DNA of 64,000 bases. It comes from an uncultured Candidatus Bathyarchaeia archaeon. GTDB taxonomy: Archaea; Thermoproteota; Bathyarchaeia; Bathyarchaeales; DTEX01. Position numbers and translations under genes: made by a program. Of this stretch, positions 9,016 through 18,300 are shown piece by piece (positions within the stretch are counted from its first letter, which is position 1; every line of letters begins with the position of its first letter). Under the pieces are notes generated by a model. It saw only the letters and a program-made list of their open reading frames with translations, ran no database searches and was not told the origin of the DNA. The stretch spans positions 27,066 to 91,065 of the forward strand of contig CAZELO010000003.1 in NCBI GenBank assembly GCA_964513245.1. The letters are read 5' to 3'.

Positions 9016-9156
9016 ATGGCGAATCAAGAATCCACTACGATACAGCTCTCAAAAGAAACAAGGGATCAATTAAGAGGTCTTGGAAAGATGGGCGAAACAT
9101 ACGATGACGTAATAAAGAGGCTGATAGAAAAAGTCAAAAGGTGTGAACACAAATGA
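9016..9156 (+). CDS. Small ribbon-helix-helix DNA-binding protein (46 aa)
   Basis: Below the ORF-track cutoff: MANQESTTIQLSKETRDQLRGLGKMGETYDDVIKRLIEKVKRCEHK. AGGTG SD; stop overlaps the next ATG (ATGA); TTIQL..ETRD.L...GETYDDVI.RLI is an archaeal RHH pattern. Confidence 0.85.
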   Translation: MANQESTTIQLSKETRDQLRGLGKMGETYDDVIKRLIEKVKRCEHK

Positions 9157-9368
9157 GCGAAAAGATGTCATATGACGGGTTCAGACAAATAATCAAAGAG
9201 ACACTTGAGAATTTTCCCAATGGATTGACATGGGGTCAGATAAGAGAGAAACACCCCGAATTGTATCAAAAGTTCCCTGCAAACCAATGGGTTCGACGGA
9301 TGGAAAAAGATATAGGACTCATTCGTATAAAGAAAGCGGGCAAAACGATTTGGAGCATCAAGAAATGA
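9153..9368 (+). CDS. Small hypothetical protein, possible winged-helix
   Basis: 71 aa with ATGA overlaps at both ends; GLTWGQIRE...GLIRIKKAGKTIWSI resembles a wHTH wing. Confidence 0.65.
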   Translation: MSEKMSYDGFRQIIKETLENFPNGLTWGQIREKHPELYQKFPANQWVRRMEKDIGLIRIKKAGKTIWSIKK

Positions 9369-10429
9369 GGATTGACATAAGCAAAATAGACGAAGGACGC
9401 TTCACGGTTCGTGAAGAAATAAACCCAGAGTATGTGAAACAGCTGTCTCAGAGTCTATTAGAAGATGGGCAGTGGAACCCCATAATTATTCGTCCTAAAT
9501 CAAATGGAAGGTACGAACTTATCGCTGGTCATTATCGTCTTCAAGCTTCCAAAGAAGCTGGATTCAAAGAAATTGAAGCGACAGTAAGAGACCTCGCAGA
9601 TGAAGAGGCAGATGTCTTATCATTGAAAACGAATCTTCTTAGACTTGAAATGAGTGCAAGAGAACAAGGAAGAGTTCTAAGCAAAATGATGCAACGTTAT
9701 GGATGGAATCAAAACGAATTAGCAAGAAGATTGAATGTTGAGAGCAAATGGGTTGGAAGGCGGCTCAGAGTTGCACTAGAATTGCATGAGGAAGTTGCAA
9801 AGGCTCTTGATGGTGGTCTAATCAACTTTTCGGTTGCATCAGTAATCGGGGGTGTGCCACTAGTGGCACAACCTAAACTGCTAAAGATCATTATGGAAAG
9901 AGGAGTGACCCAGCTTACTGATGCTGAAACGATCAGACGGCAATTCCTTAACGATACAGTATTCACGATAGGCTATCAAGGTAGGAATATTGAAGACCTT
10001 ATTGAAGCATTAAAGAAAAATGAAATCGCACTTGTCGTGGATGCCAGATACTCTGCTGAATCTCAATATAAGCCAGACTTTAGCGGGGATATACTCAAAA
10101 GAGAATTGAAAAGGAATAACATTAACTATGAACATCATCCTGAACTCGGTATCCCATATTTGATTCAGAATCCATACAAGGAAGGATTCTTTTCAGTTCA
10201 ATGCTTAAAACAATGGTATGATTGGCACATCAGAACCGAGACAGACTTTGAAGATTTCATCGAACACATCAAGAAATCAGGAAGAACTGTTCTGTTGTGT
10301 ATGGAGAGATACGCTAAGCCGATGAGAGACCAACGATACGCTTGTCATAGAGATATTTTGGCAGATTTGATACTTGAGCATAAATCAAGCGACACATTGC
10401 TTAGATTTGAGAAAAGAATTGACTTGTGA
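9365..10429 (+). CDS. ParB/Spo0J-like N-terminal + HTH fused to a DUF488 domain
   Basis: LSQSL..DGQWNPIIIR..YELIAGHYRLQA (ParB/Srx), NLLR, WNQNELARRL..WVGRRL (HTH), then VFTIGYQG..VVDAR..HHPELG..LLCME..CHR (DUF488). Start at the ATGA overlap, 9365. Confidence 0.88.
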   Translation: MRIDISKIDEGRFTVREEINPEYVKQLSQSLLEDGQWNPIIIRPKSNGRYELIAGHYRLQASKEAGFKEIEATVRDLADEEADVLSLKTNLLRLEMSAREQGRVLSKMMQRYGWNQNELARRLNVESKWVGRRLRVALELHEEVAKALDGGLINFSVASVIGGVPLVAQPKLLKIIMERGVTQLTDAETIRRQFLNDTVFTIGYQGRNIEDLIEALKKNEIALVVDARYSAESQYKPDFSGDILKRELKRNNINYEHHPELGIPYLIQNPYKEGFFSVQCLKQWYDWHIRTETDFEDFIEHIKKSGRTVLLCMERYAKPMRDQRYACHRDILADLILEHKSSDTLLRFEKRIDL

Positions 10430-10442
10430 TGAGGAGGGGATA

Positions 10443-11213
10443 TTGTCCGAAAGCTGTATTATAGATGACTTAATTATCCTTGGTCGAGCGGTACCTGAAC
10501 CAATGAAGAACGGAAGAGTAACTGTCTGCATGGGTGGTTACTCAAGAAAACTAGGGTTCGCTAGAATATATCCTACAAAACCATCAACACCCGTCCATAG
10601 ATGGGATATAGTAAAGATTCCAGTTGAACGTGACCCAAGAGATACAAGAGTGGAAAGCTGGAAAATACAAGGGTCAAAGAATGAATGGGATAAATTGGAT
10701 GAGAAGGTTCGGGTTACCTCACATCTTAGGCGAGAAGATCGCCTAAACTTAATTGCTAACCTAACTGATGGATGCGTAAAGGACATTAATGACCAGAAGC
10801 GAAGTTTAGGAATAATAAAACCGACTATCGAAGAATGTTATTTCTGTTCAGAAGAAGACTTTGATCCTACACTTCAAGCAACCCTTTTTGGACCACCCCT
10901 CCCAACTACTAAGAAACAACATCGCAAATATCCAAAAGTAAGATATCGATGTCCAGAATGCCGAACCAAAAACTGTCATGACCAAACTGTGCTTGAATGG
11001 GGATTCTATGAATGGATGAGGAAAAATCCTGATAGCATTGGGCAAGTATGGGAGAATGCTAGGTTTAACTCACCGAAACATCAACTTTACTTCTTTGTTG
11101 GAAACATGCGAGATCGTAGAACGGCATTCTTGGTTATATCGACTCTTCCTCTCCCGAAAGCACCTATAACAAAACCGTTTTTCCCCTTGAGAAAATGGGT
11201 CGGACAATCATAA
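10443..11213 (+). CDS. Conserved hypothetical protein of the type found next to DUF488 genes (possible dual-OB fold)
   Basis: TVC.GG...RIYP, RWD, DTRVESWK, SLGIIKP, CPEC, LEWG and FFVGN motifs; strong GAGGAGGGG SD before TTG 10443; ends 25 nt before the right TIR. Confidence 0.7.
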   Translation: MSESCIIDDLIILGRAVPEPMKNGRVTVCMGGYSRKLGFARIYPTKPSTPVHRWDIVKIPVERDPRDTRVESWKIQGSKNEWDKLDEKVRVTSHLRREDRLNLIANLTDGCVKDINDQKRSLGIIKPTIEECYFCSEEDFDPTLQATLFGPPLPTTKKQHRKYPKVRYRCPECRTKNCHDQTVLEWGFYEWMRKNPDSIGQVWENARFNSPKHQLYFFVGNMRDRRTAFLVISTLPLPKAPITKPFFPLRKWVGQS

Positions 11214-11238
11214 TCCCCTGAATTCAAGCAAAAACTGT

Positions 11239-11288
11239 AGCAACCGATTTTAACAACCGAATTTAACAACCGCTATTTGAACAGAACC
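11239..11288 (-). repeat. Right terminal inverted repeat (50 bp)
   Basis: AGCAACCGATTTTAACAACCGAATTTAACAACCGCTATTTGAACAGAACC, exact inverse of 6540-6589. Confidence 0.96.
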
Positions 11289-11296
11289 TCGAAGCC
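11289..11296 (+). repeat. Right target-site duplication TCGAAGCC
   Basis: Identical to 6532-6539. Confidence 0.93.
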
Positions 11297-11317
11297 AAAA
11301 ACTTATAAACTTAGAAC

Positions 11318-13243
11318 ATGAACTTAGAACATATACTCCAGAAAAAGGAGAGACTTTGCAAATTGGAAATCGAGGAAAAGTCCGGTTTCACTATGACCTC
11401 ACTGGTCGCCGTTCTTTTTGCGATGGTGGCCTTCACTCCAGCCTTGATTTATCTTCAACTGACGATTGGGTCAGGCTCGTTGCCCACAACATGGTTTGTT
11501 GTCTTACTATTGGTTGAGGCCTTCAAATTCGGGGGTCGCCACATTACCAAACAGGAAGCTTATGTAATACTGGGTCTCGCCGGAGGGGCTGGAGCCTACA
11601 CTGGTTATCTCTGGTGGGCTTGGTTTGTTCAGTCAGACGTAGCACAGCTTTTCAATTTTACACCAGCAGATTTCCCAAGCTGGCTTATTCCCGCTGGAGA
11701 AAACCTTAGTTACGTTTGGACAAACAGAACGTTTTTTCACCCGTCTTGGATACTCCCTTTAAGCGTATCCCTGTTGGCTAACGTCCTTGCCAATATCTGT
11801 GCCCTGTCCTTAGGATTTATTGGAAAGAGAATATTCATAGAAACAGAAAATCTTCCTTTCCCAATGGAGCATGTCAGTGCTCAGGGCATAATAACAATCA
11901 CTGAGGGCAAAAAAGACACTATTAAGTACCTCTTCTCTTTCGCCACTGTAGGATTCATCTATGGTTTGATTCTTTACGCGGTTCCCAGCATGATTGAAGC
12001 GTGGACGGGAAGAAGACAGGTCTTTATGCCGATCCCTTGGGCACAATTCGAAGTAGAGCAATTGCCAGGCGCGGTCCTCGGGATATGGACCGACTTGGGC
12101 GCCATTGCGTCGGCTTTTGTTCTCCCCTATAATGTTATTATCAGCGTAGTTATAGGTTCCTATGCTGTCTGGGTTGGGGGTAACACGCTTCTTGTCACGT
12201 ATAATCTTGCCCCTGTTCCATGGTGGAGCCCAGGGATGACTTTAGATCGTATACTCCAACAATCTACTCTCTATTTCTGGGCAGCTCCCTTGATTGGAAT
12301 AGGTCTCGCGGTTGGAGTAATGCCAATTTTGCATCACCCTCGCACAATTGGGCGCGCCTTCCGCAGCCTGTTCAGCACGAGTGCATCCCAAGAAGGAAAA
12401 ACACAAACATGGCGTTTGCTGGCGTATCTACCTATCATTGGATGGCTTGGGAGCGCGTTGGTCGGAGTCTCTTTATATGCGTTTCTTGCTCCCGCATTTC
12501 CAATATGGATTCCTGCTGTTATGATCTTTATTCTTCCTATGGCGACCACCCTTATTAGTGGTCGCGCCTTGGGTATAGCAGGTGTAGGGGTAGGCGGTCT
12601 TACCAAACTTCAAAGTATCGCTTTTCTCTCAACGGGATACTCAAATCTAGATGCTTGGGTAGTACCAAGTCTCTCAGGCGCGGATGGTTCGGTTTGGGTT
12701 TCGCGCTTCAAAGTTATGCAGCTAACCGGGACCAAAATTAGATCATATTTGAAACTGTGGATTCTTTTGATCCCGCTCCATTTTGTATTTGCGATTATTT
12801 TTACACAGGTTTTCTGGACGTTGGCCCCAATGCCTTCAAGTGCATATCCTGCAACGAAGATATTCTGGCCTCTAGATGCCATAAATTTCTCTGTCTGGGT
12901 TAGAGGTAGACAGCAGGGAGTGTTCAATCCAGATTGGATACTTTACGGATTTATTGTAGGAGCATTAATCTATGGAGTAAGCAAGATCCCCATTCTACCT
13001 TTTTCCGCCCTATCTTACCCAGCTCTAGCCGTAGGAGCATGCTCACAATACCCGCCTTACGCGACAACACTACTCATCGGGTTAGGGATCAGGCTTATGC
13101 TCACAAAGTTGTTGGGAGAAGAATTCTGGAACCAAAACAAATCGATCTTTTCTGCGGGCCTCTTGGTAGGTGAGGGCATAGCCATAACTTTTGGAGTTGC
13201 TATGACTCTGATTCTGCATTCAATATGGACCATGCCGTACTGA
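11318..13243 (+). CDS. OPT-superfamily-like membrane transporter
   Basis: Many hydrophobic segments; ITKQE and ENLPFPM motifs, C-terminal AGLLVGEG OPT-like signature. True start may be TTG near 11363. Confidence 0.75.
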   Translation: MNLEHILQKKERLCKLEIEEKSGFTMTSLVAVLFAMVAFTPALIYLQLTIGSGSLPTTWFVVLLLVEAFKFGGRHITKQEAYVILGLAGGAGAYTGYLWWAWFVQSDVAQLFNFTPADFPSWLIPAGENLSYVWTNRTFFHPSWILPLSVSLLANVLANICALSLGFIGKRIFIETENLPFPMEHVSAQGIITITEGKKDTIKYLFSFATVGFIYGLILYAVPSMIEAWTGRRQVFMPIPWAQFEVEQLPGAVLGIWTDLGAIASAFVLPYNVIISVVIGSYAVWVGGNTLLVTYNLAPVPWWSPGMTLDRILQQSTLYFWAAPLIGIGLAVGVMPILHHPRTIGRAFRSLFSTSASQEGKTQTWRLLAYLPIIGWLGSALVGVSLYAFLAPAFPIWIPAVMIFILPMATTLISGRALGIAGVGVGGLTKLQSIAFLSTGYSNLDAWVVPSLSGADGSVWVSRFKVMQLTGTKIRSYLKLWILLIPLHFVFAIIFTQVFWTLAPMPSSAYPATKIFWPLDAINFSVWVRGRQQGVFNPDWILYGFIVGALIYGVSKIPILPFSALSYPALAVGACSQYPPYATTLLIGLGIRLMLTKLLGEEFWNQNKSIFSAGLLVGEGIAITFGVAMTLILHSIWTMPY

Positions 13244-13460
13244 TACTGTTTGTTTAACTGGAAGAAGCCAGAAGGCATCCATGATTCAAAATTATTCTTA
13301 ATAGACTCTATGGGTGACACAAAAATCGACCTGAGCAACGTAATCTGCTTGCTGTCCGATGGCTGTGTGAATGGTTTTGTGTATTTAAATGTATTCGAAG
13401 TGACGAAAAGCATTTATGCACCCTTCGACATACGAAGCTAATTGAGATGGAGAAAAAGAT

Positions 13461-16400
13461 GTGTCTCCTGAGGTGTTTGTACATATGAGCTCCACACGTA
13501 GGTATATTTCCCTTCTACCATTGCTTTTTATCTCGTTTTTTATCGCCTCTACACTGATCTGCACTTTGTCTTCTTCTTTTCAGACGCCCATCGTCACCGC
13601 AGACATTGATTATGAAACCGTAATTCCCAATGTCAATATGACCGCGATCAAGGAGCATGTTGAATATCTCTCCAGTTTGGGAACCAGGGAAACGGGAAGC
13701 GCGGGGAACCAAAAAGCTGCCGAATACATTAGACAGATATTAGAAGGCTATGGCTTAGAGGGAGTCACAACCCAAAACGTTACGGTAACCAATGTGGTGG
13801 ACCACGGTGCCAACATCTCACTTCTGGGCGGGGAAGTCTTTACCCTATATCCGATGGAACCAAACCTTGTCGCGCCCTCCACAACCCCACCCGGCGGCAT
13901 AACAGGTGAACTAGTTTATTGTGGCGATGGTTGGCTGAGTGATTTGGACGGAAAGGCCGTCAATGGAAGCATCGCCATCCTTAACTGGAATACTGGAAAT
14001 CAATGGATTACGTTGGCGAGTCTCGGTGCTAAGGCCATAATCTTCTTGCCAGTGGAGGAATATGACGAAGCCAATTTTAATCCGTCGCCCTTTACGGCAA
14101 CAGCCCCCGTAAATATGCCCCGTTTCTATGTGAGCCGAGAAGACGGAAGAGTTCTTGTTGAGCATGCTGGTGAAACAGCACATCTCGTGGCAAACAGTTG
14201 TTGGGAAGAAGTCACCAGTCAGAACGTCATAGGAATGGTCAACGGAACTAAGTATGACCAGAATATTGTTCTATCTGCATATTATGATACACACACATCT
14301 TTCCCTTCAGCGGCTCCAGGCGCAGAGGAAGCCTTGGGCATAGCGACACTCCTTGAAATTGCTAAATACACGAAGGATAATCCGCCGGATTACAATATTA
14401 TTTTCGTGGCACTGACCGCTCATAATCAGTGGCTTATGGGTGCAAACCAATTCTATGAGGATTACGTGTTTAAGCCTGCTTTGGAATATGTTAAGGGGCT
14501 TGGAGAAGACGGTGCTAACTGGAGATATTACGCTGACAGCGTAAGGCTTTGGATGCATCTACAACTGTATTCTGGGTCAAAGGTTCTTTATCTCACCAAT
14601 CTCGGGGAATATGTTGACATTGTCGATCCCTTACCGAAAACAGGAACCCTGGCTTGGTATCCCGGGCTTCAACCCATAAGATATCTTGAACAGGTATTTA
14701 ACGAAATAAACCAACAGAGCCCATTTGATAAAACTTATAACGCAGTAATCGACAACAACAGCAGCAATCCAATAAAGTTCACAGATTATGCGGATGTGCA
14801 TGCCATTACTCCTATGATGGCATATGACAGTGACCGCGCAGCGGCGTCTTTTACTCCTTCGTTGACGTTCACCACTGCCTATGACATAATGCCTACTCTA
14901 AATATGCCATGGGACACTGCGGAACATGTGAATTGGAATAATTTGGAACCCCAAGTGCAGCTCGTATATTGCATGTTATATAATATCTTTCGTATAGACA
15001 ATAGTGTTCTATACAAGAATAGTGCTAAAACCGGCTGGTGGGATGACCCGTACTTCAATCACAACGATTATCACTTCTACAAAACCTATGTCGGGACAGT
15101 CGTAGAATGGGACCCAATGGCTAATGATTATACGCCCGTTCCCAATGCGTTAGTAGTATTGTCTCAGATATATTCCCACACTGTTGGTGACTCCGGTGAC
15201 CAAGGCTTTGCAAATCCAACCATGAGAATATACAACACGTTTACATTCGCGGACGAAACCGGCCATTTCGAATTTCGCTCAAACAGATATGTAGATTGGG
15301 AGCACCAAGATAAACTTCTATATTCCGCATGGATAATAGATAACGACACAGGCAATGTCCTTTATGCTCCGGATCAAGGGACTTACGCTTGGCCCAGACT
15401 AAAGCAAGGTACCTCGTTACCCAATTCAACTACGGGATTTAGCACTGTGAGCCCGAATAAAATTGTTGTCTTCAACTGCTCGACAGCCGTGTTTTACAAC
15501 CTATTTGATCCTTTGACCCTTACAGGAGGGTTCTGGAGACAGTACATGGGAGGAACAGGGGAGATTTGGATGCAGCTAGAGCACTACTCTATGCCTCTAG
15601 GCGTTACGATAGATCTTCAGGTGCTGGAGTTCAGTGCCCATTATCCTGTTGAACACTTCTCCTTTGTCTGGACTGGTGGCCCAGACTTAACCACGGCTTT
15701 TGTCGCCTTTCCTTCTGAAACCCCTGTTGAATTCAAAATCATGGCTCCCGCAAGAGAAATTCGTTATCCCCTAGCGATAATAAATAACGCCTCAGACGAG
15801 AATCCAAACGGTGTTGGTTACACACTTCAGCCGGGTGAACAGATTGAGATTACAACTATACCCCTTTTGTGTGCCAAAGACCTTTATCTACTCAATGATG
15901 AGAGAGTCGATACCCTCCTTAGGGTTAATCCCCAAGAAAAAGACGCGGCAGCTGTAGCGATACACGCAAATCTCAGCCTTCTTCTGACAGAAGCAGAAGA
16001 AGCGTTGGCAAATCATCAATATAGCAAATACTTTCAATTATCCGTAGACGCTTGGAATGATGCTTCAAAGGTTTACAAGTATATCAGATCCTTGCTTGAA
16101 GATTCCGCAACTACCGTTCCATATTTTGCCATTCTTCTGGTTCCCTTTGTGATATTGGCTGAAAGACTTCTCTTCAACACGTCTAGCATAAAGAAGATCT
16201 TCCCATATCTGGCCATAGGCGGCGTCATCCTTTGCGGTCTATATCTATTCCATCCAGGTTTTTCGGTAGCTGCCAATCCTACAACAATAGTTATAGGTGT
16301 CTCACTTCTGATCTTGTCAATACCGTTGTTCCTAATAATGTTGTCCCACACGTCGGCTCTCATAAGAGACTTGAGCATAAAAGCTCATGGCAAGCATTTC

Positions 16401-18197
16401 GAAGATCTCAGCAAGGGAAGTCTTTTCCTTACAGGATTGTTTATGGGCATAGACAACATGAAGAAGCGGAAACTGAGAACCGCATTAACTCTTATAACAA
16501 TGATAATCATGTTGGTTGGGTTCATAAACATCGTGTCGATCTCGCCCATCACCACTATCCAAACAAAGAACATGGATGATAGCATTGTAACTGTTGATTA
16601 TAACGGTGTCTACATTCATCAGCTAGCGTGGGAATCAGGGGTACCCGAGGTAGGCGTCAACATGCTCAACTATCTTGAGTATCGTTATGGCACGGAAGCC
16701 ACGATCATCCCCAGAGTCTGGGTCTACGATCTAGAAAGTGTGGGTGGGTTCTCCTTCCAGATCTATGATTCAAAAACCCGTGCGGCTGGTTTCAGAGCGG
16801 TTTTTGGCGAAAAGACAATCGCCGCTTGGTCTCTCTTCGGTTTGTCCGACAAAGAACCTGAAGCTACAGGATTAGATGTATGGCTTGTAGCAGGACGCTG
16901 GTTTGTTGAAACGGATGTATACGCCATCATCCTAACTGAAAACCAAGCAGCAGCTCTCAACATAGCTGCCGATGACCTACCCGTTCAAGTATCGCTGGGA
17001 GATGGCATGGGCAACTTCAGTGTCGTAGGCATAATAAGTGCTGACTATAGCCAAATAAAAGACCTAGACGAAGAAGAGATAACTCCTTTGGACCTGCATA
17101 CTCGCGAGGGGGGAGAGTTAGTACCCGAGTTCGACAGACATGAGTATGTCGAAGACGTCTTCATAGTTCCTGTACGATTCGCGACTAAACTCAATTACTA
17201 CAAGATCACTGCCATACACTATTACACTGCAAGCGTAACGCTGATCTTCGAGGAACAAAACCAAGTAGGAGATGCCGCAGAAGACATTTTCCAAAGATTC
17301 TCTGGTCACCTCATCTACTCTAAGGTAGAGGGCGACCCGCCTGTCCTACGTTCAACAGGATTCGCGATACAGACCCTCGGGCTGGAATTCCAAGCTATCC
17401 CTATAGCCCTTGTGGCTCTCTCAATTCTAAATCTAATGGTGGCTTCAGTTTATGAACGCCGTCGCGAAATATTCACTTATGGAAATCTTGGAATGTCGCC
17501 AACTCACATAGGCTCGATGTTCCTTTCGGAGTCGTTGGTATATGGCCTGTTTGGAGCCCTAATAGGATATCTAGTCGCCATAGTCACGTCCAGAATTTTG
17601 TGGCTCTACGACCCCACTAGTGTAAACCTCAACTATTCTTCTAGTTGGGTCGCAAACACTCTAACAATCAGTGTAGGTGTCATAGTTCTTTCCTCGATAT
17701 ACCCCACGATCCTAGCCGCTCGCCTCTCGACACCTTCGCTCAAACGGGCATGGGAAATAACGGTGAAGCCTTCTGGAAATATGTGGGAGATTCCGTTTCC
17801 CTTCTTCACAAACACAGATGAAGAAACTAGGGGGCTTCTAAGCTACCTCTTCGAGTATTTCATTCCTCACAGTAGTCCCCGAAGCCCTGATTTTTCAGTA
17901 GCAAAGACTCAGATCTCTGAACAAGAAATCGAGGGAAAACCAATGAAAACCATATCAATGACCACGAACCTGTTTCCATACGAGGCAGGCGTCTCTCAGA
18001 AAACCATGATCTCGGCCGTGAAAATTGAAGGAAAATGGGAGTACAGAATAGTCCTAGAACGGATCACGGGATTAACAGATGACTGGCAAAGACTCAACCG
18101 TCCTTTCATAGGAGGAATCAGGCGGCAATTCTTGATGTGGCGCTCTCTGCCAAACGCGGAAAAAGCAAGATACATCGGGTTATACAAAGCAGAATAG
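13461..18197 (+). CDS. Giant membrane protein: M28-peptidase-like/PA domain + TM block + MacB/FtsX-like permease
   Basis: N-terminal TM; LSSLGTRETGSAGNQKAAEYI; PA-like insert; SAYYD/GAEEALG; later NMKKRKLRTALTL and SVYERRREI...LGMSP..I..MFLSES (FtsX/MacB). Confidence 0.8.
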   Translation: MSPEVFVHMSSTRRYISLLPLLFISFFIASTLICTLSSSFQTPIVTADIDYETVIPNVNMTAIKEHVEYLSSLGTRETGSAGNQKAAEYIRQILEGYGLEGVTTQNVTVTNVVDHGANISLLGGEVFTLYPMEPNLVAPSTTPPGGITGELVYCGDGWLSDLDGKAVNGSIAILNWNTGNQWITLASLGAKAIIFLPVEEYDEANFNPSPFTATAPVNMPRFYVSREDGRVLVEHAGETAHLVANSCWEEVTSQNVIGMVNGTKYDQNIVLSAYYDTHTSFPSAAPGAEEALGIATLLEIAKYTKDNPPDYNIIFVALTAHNQWLMGANQFYEDYVFKPALEYVKGLGEDGANWRYYADSVRLWMHLQLYSGSKVLYLTNLGEYVDIVDPLPKTGTLAWYPGLQPIRYLEQVFNEINQQSPFDKTYNAVIDNNSSNPIKFTDYADVHAITPMMAYDSDRAAASFTPSLTFTTAYDIMPTLNMPWDTAEHVNWNNLEPQVQLVYCMLYNIFRIDNSVLYKNSAKTGWWDDPYFNHNDYHFYKTYVGTVVEWDPMANDYTPVPNALVVLSQIYSHTVGDSGDQGFANPTMRIYNTFTFADETGHFEFRSNRYVDWEHQDKLLYSAWIIDNDTGNVLYAPDQGTYAWPRLKQGTSLPNSTTGFSTVSPNKIVVFNCSTAVFYNLFDPLTLTGGFWRQYMGGTGEIWMQLEHYSMPLGVTIDLQVLEFSAHYPVEHFSFVWTGGPDLTTAFVAFPSETPVEFKIMAPAREIRYPLAIINNASDENPNGVGYTLQPGEQIEITTIPLLCAKDLYLLNDERVDTLLRVNPQEKDAAAVAIHANLSLLLTEAEEALANHQYSKYFQLSVDAWNDASKVYKYIRSLLEDSATTVPYFAILLVPFVILAERLLFNTSSIKKIFPYLAIGGVILCGLYLFHPGFSVAANPTTIVIGVSLLILSIPLFLIMLSHTSALIRDLSIKAHGKHFEDLSKGSLFLTGLFMGIDNMKKRKLRTALTLITMIIMLVGFINIVSISPITTIQTKNMDDSIVTVDYNGVYIHQLAWESGVPEVGVNMLNYLEYRYGTEATIIPRVWVYDLESVGGFSFQIYDSKTRAAGFRAVFGEKTIAAWSLFGLSDKEPEATGLDVWLVAGRWFVETDVYAIILTENQAAALNIAADDLPVQVSLGDGMGNFSVVGIISADYSQIKDLDEEEITPLDLHTREGGELVPEFDRHEYVEDVFIVPVRFATKLNYYKITAIHYYTASVTLIFEEQNQVGDAAEDIFQRFSGHLIYSKVEGDPPVLRSTGFAIQTLGLEFQAIPIALVALSILNLMVASVYERRREIFTYGNLGMSPTHIGSMFLSESLVYGLFGALIGYLVAIVTSRILWLYDPTSVNLNYSSSWVANTLTISVGVIVLSSIYPTILAARLSTPSLKRAWEITVKPSGNMWEIPFPFFTNTDEETRGLLSYLFEYFIPHSSPRSPDFSVAKTQISEQEIEGKPMKTISMTTNLFPYEAGVSQKTMISAVKIEGKWEYRIVLERITGLTDDWQRLNRPFIGGIRRQFLMWRSLPNAEKARYIGLYKAE

Positions 18198-18300
18198 GCG
18201 AGCAAACGAGCGTTGGTTTCGCGCCAAGTACTAGATATCATCGGAAACCCTTATTTACATGTTCAAAGATGTTGAACACCACTTGCAGGAGGAACATGCA

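Larger units (their letters stand above)
6540..11288. mobile_element. IS6-family cargo-carrying transposon (4749 bp)
   Basis: Perfect 50-bp TIRs beginning GG (6540-6589 and 11239-11288), 8-bp direct repeat TCGAAGCC on both flanks, internal IS6-type DDE transposase; sequence looks more AT-rich than the flanks. Confidence 0.95.

Noticed and set aside
9230-9364. ORF-track N-terminal extension of the ParB-DUF488 protein
   Set aside because: It overlaps the 71-aa gene in another frame; the ATGA overlap at 9365 and the ParB domain boundary give a better start.
6540-11288. Integrated plasmid or provirus (because of ParB and TA genes)
   Set aside because: No integrase, rep, ParA or structural genes and no tRNA att site; TIRs plus an 8-bp TSD fit IS6 transposition.
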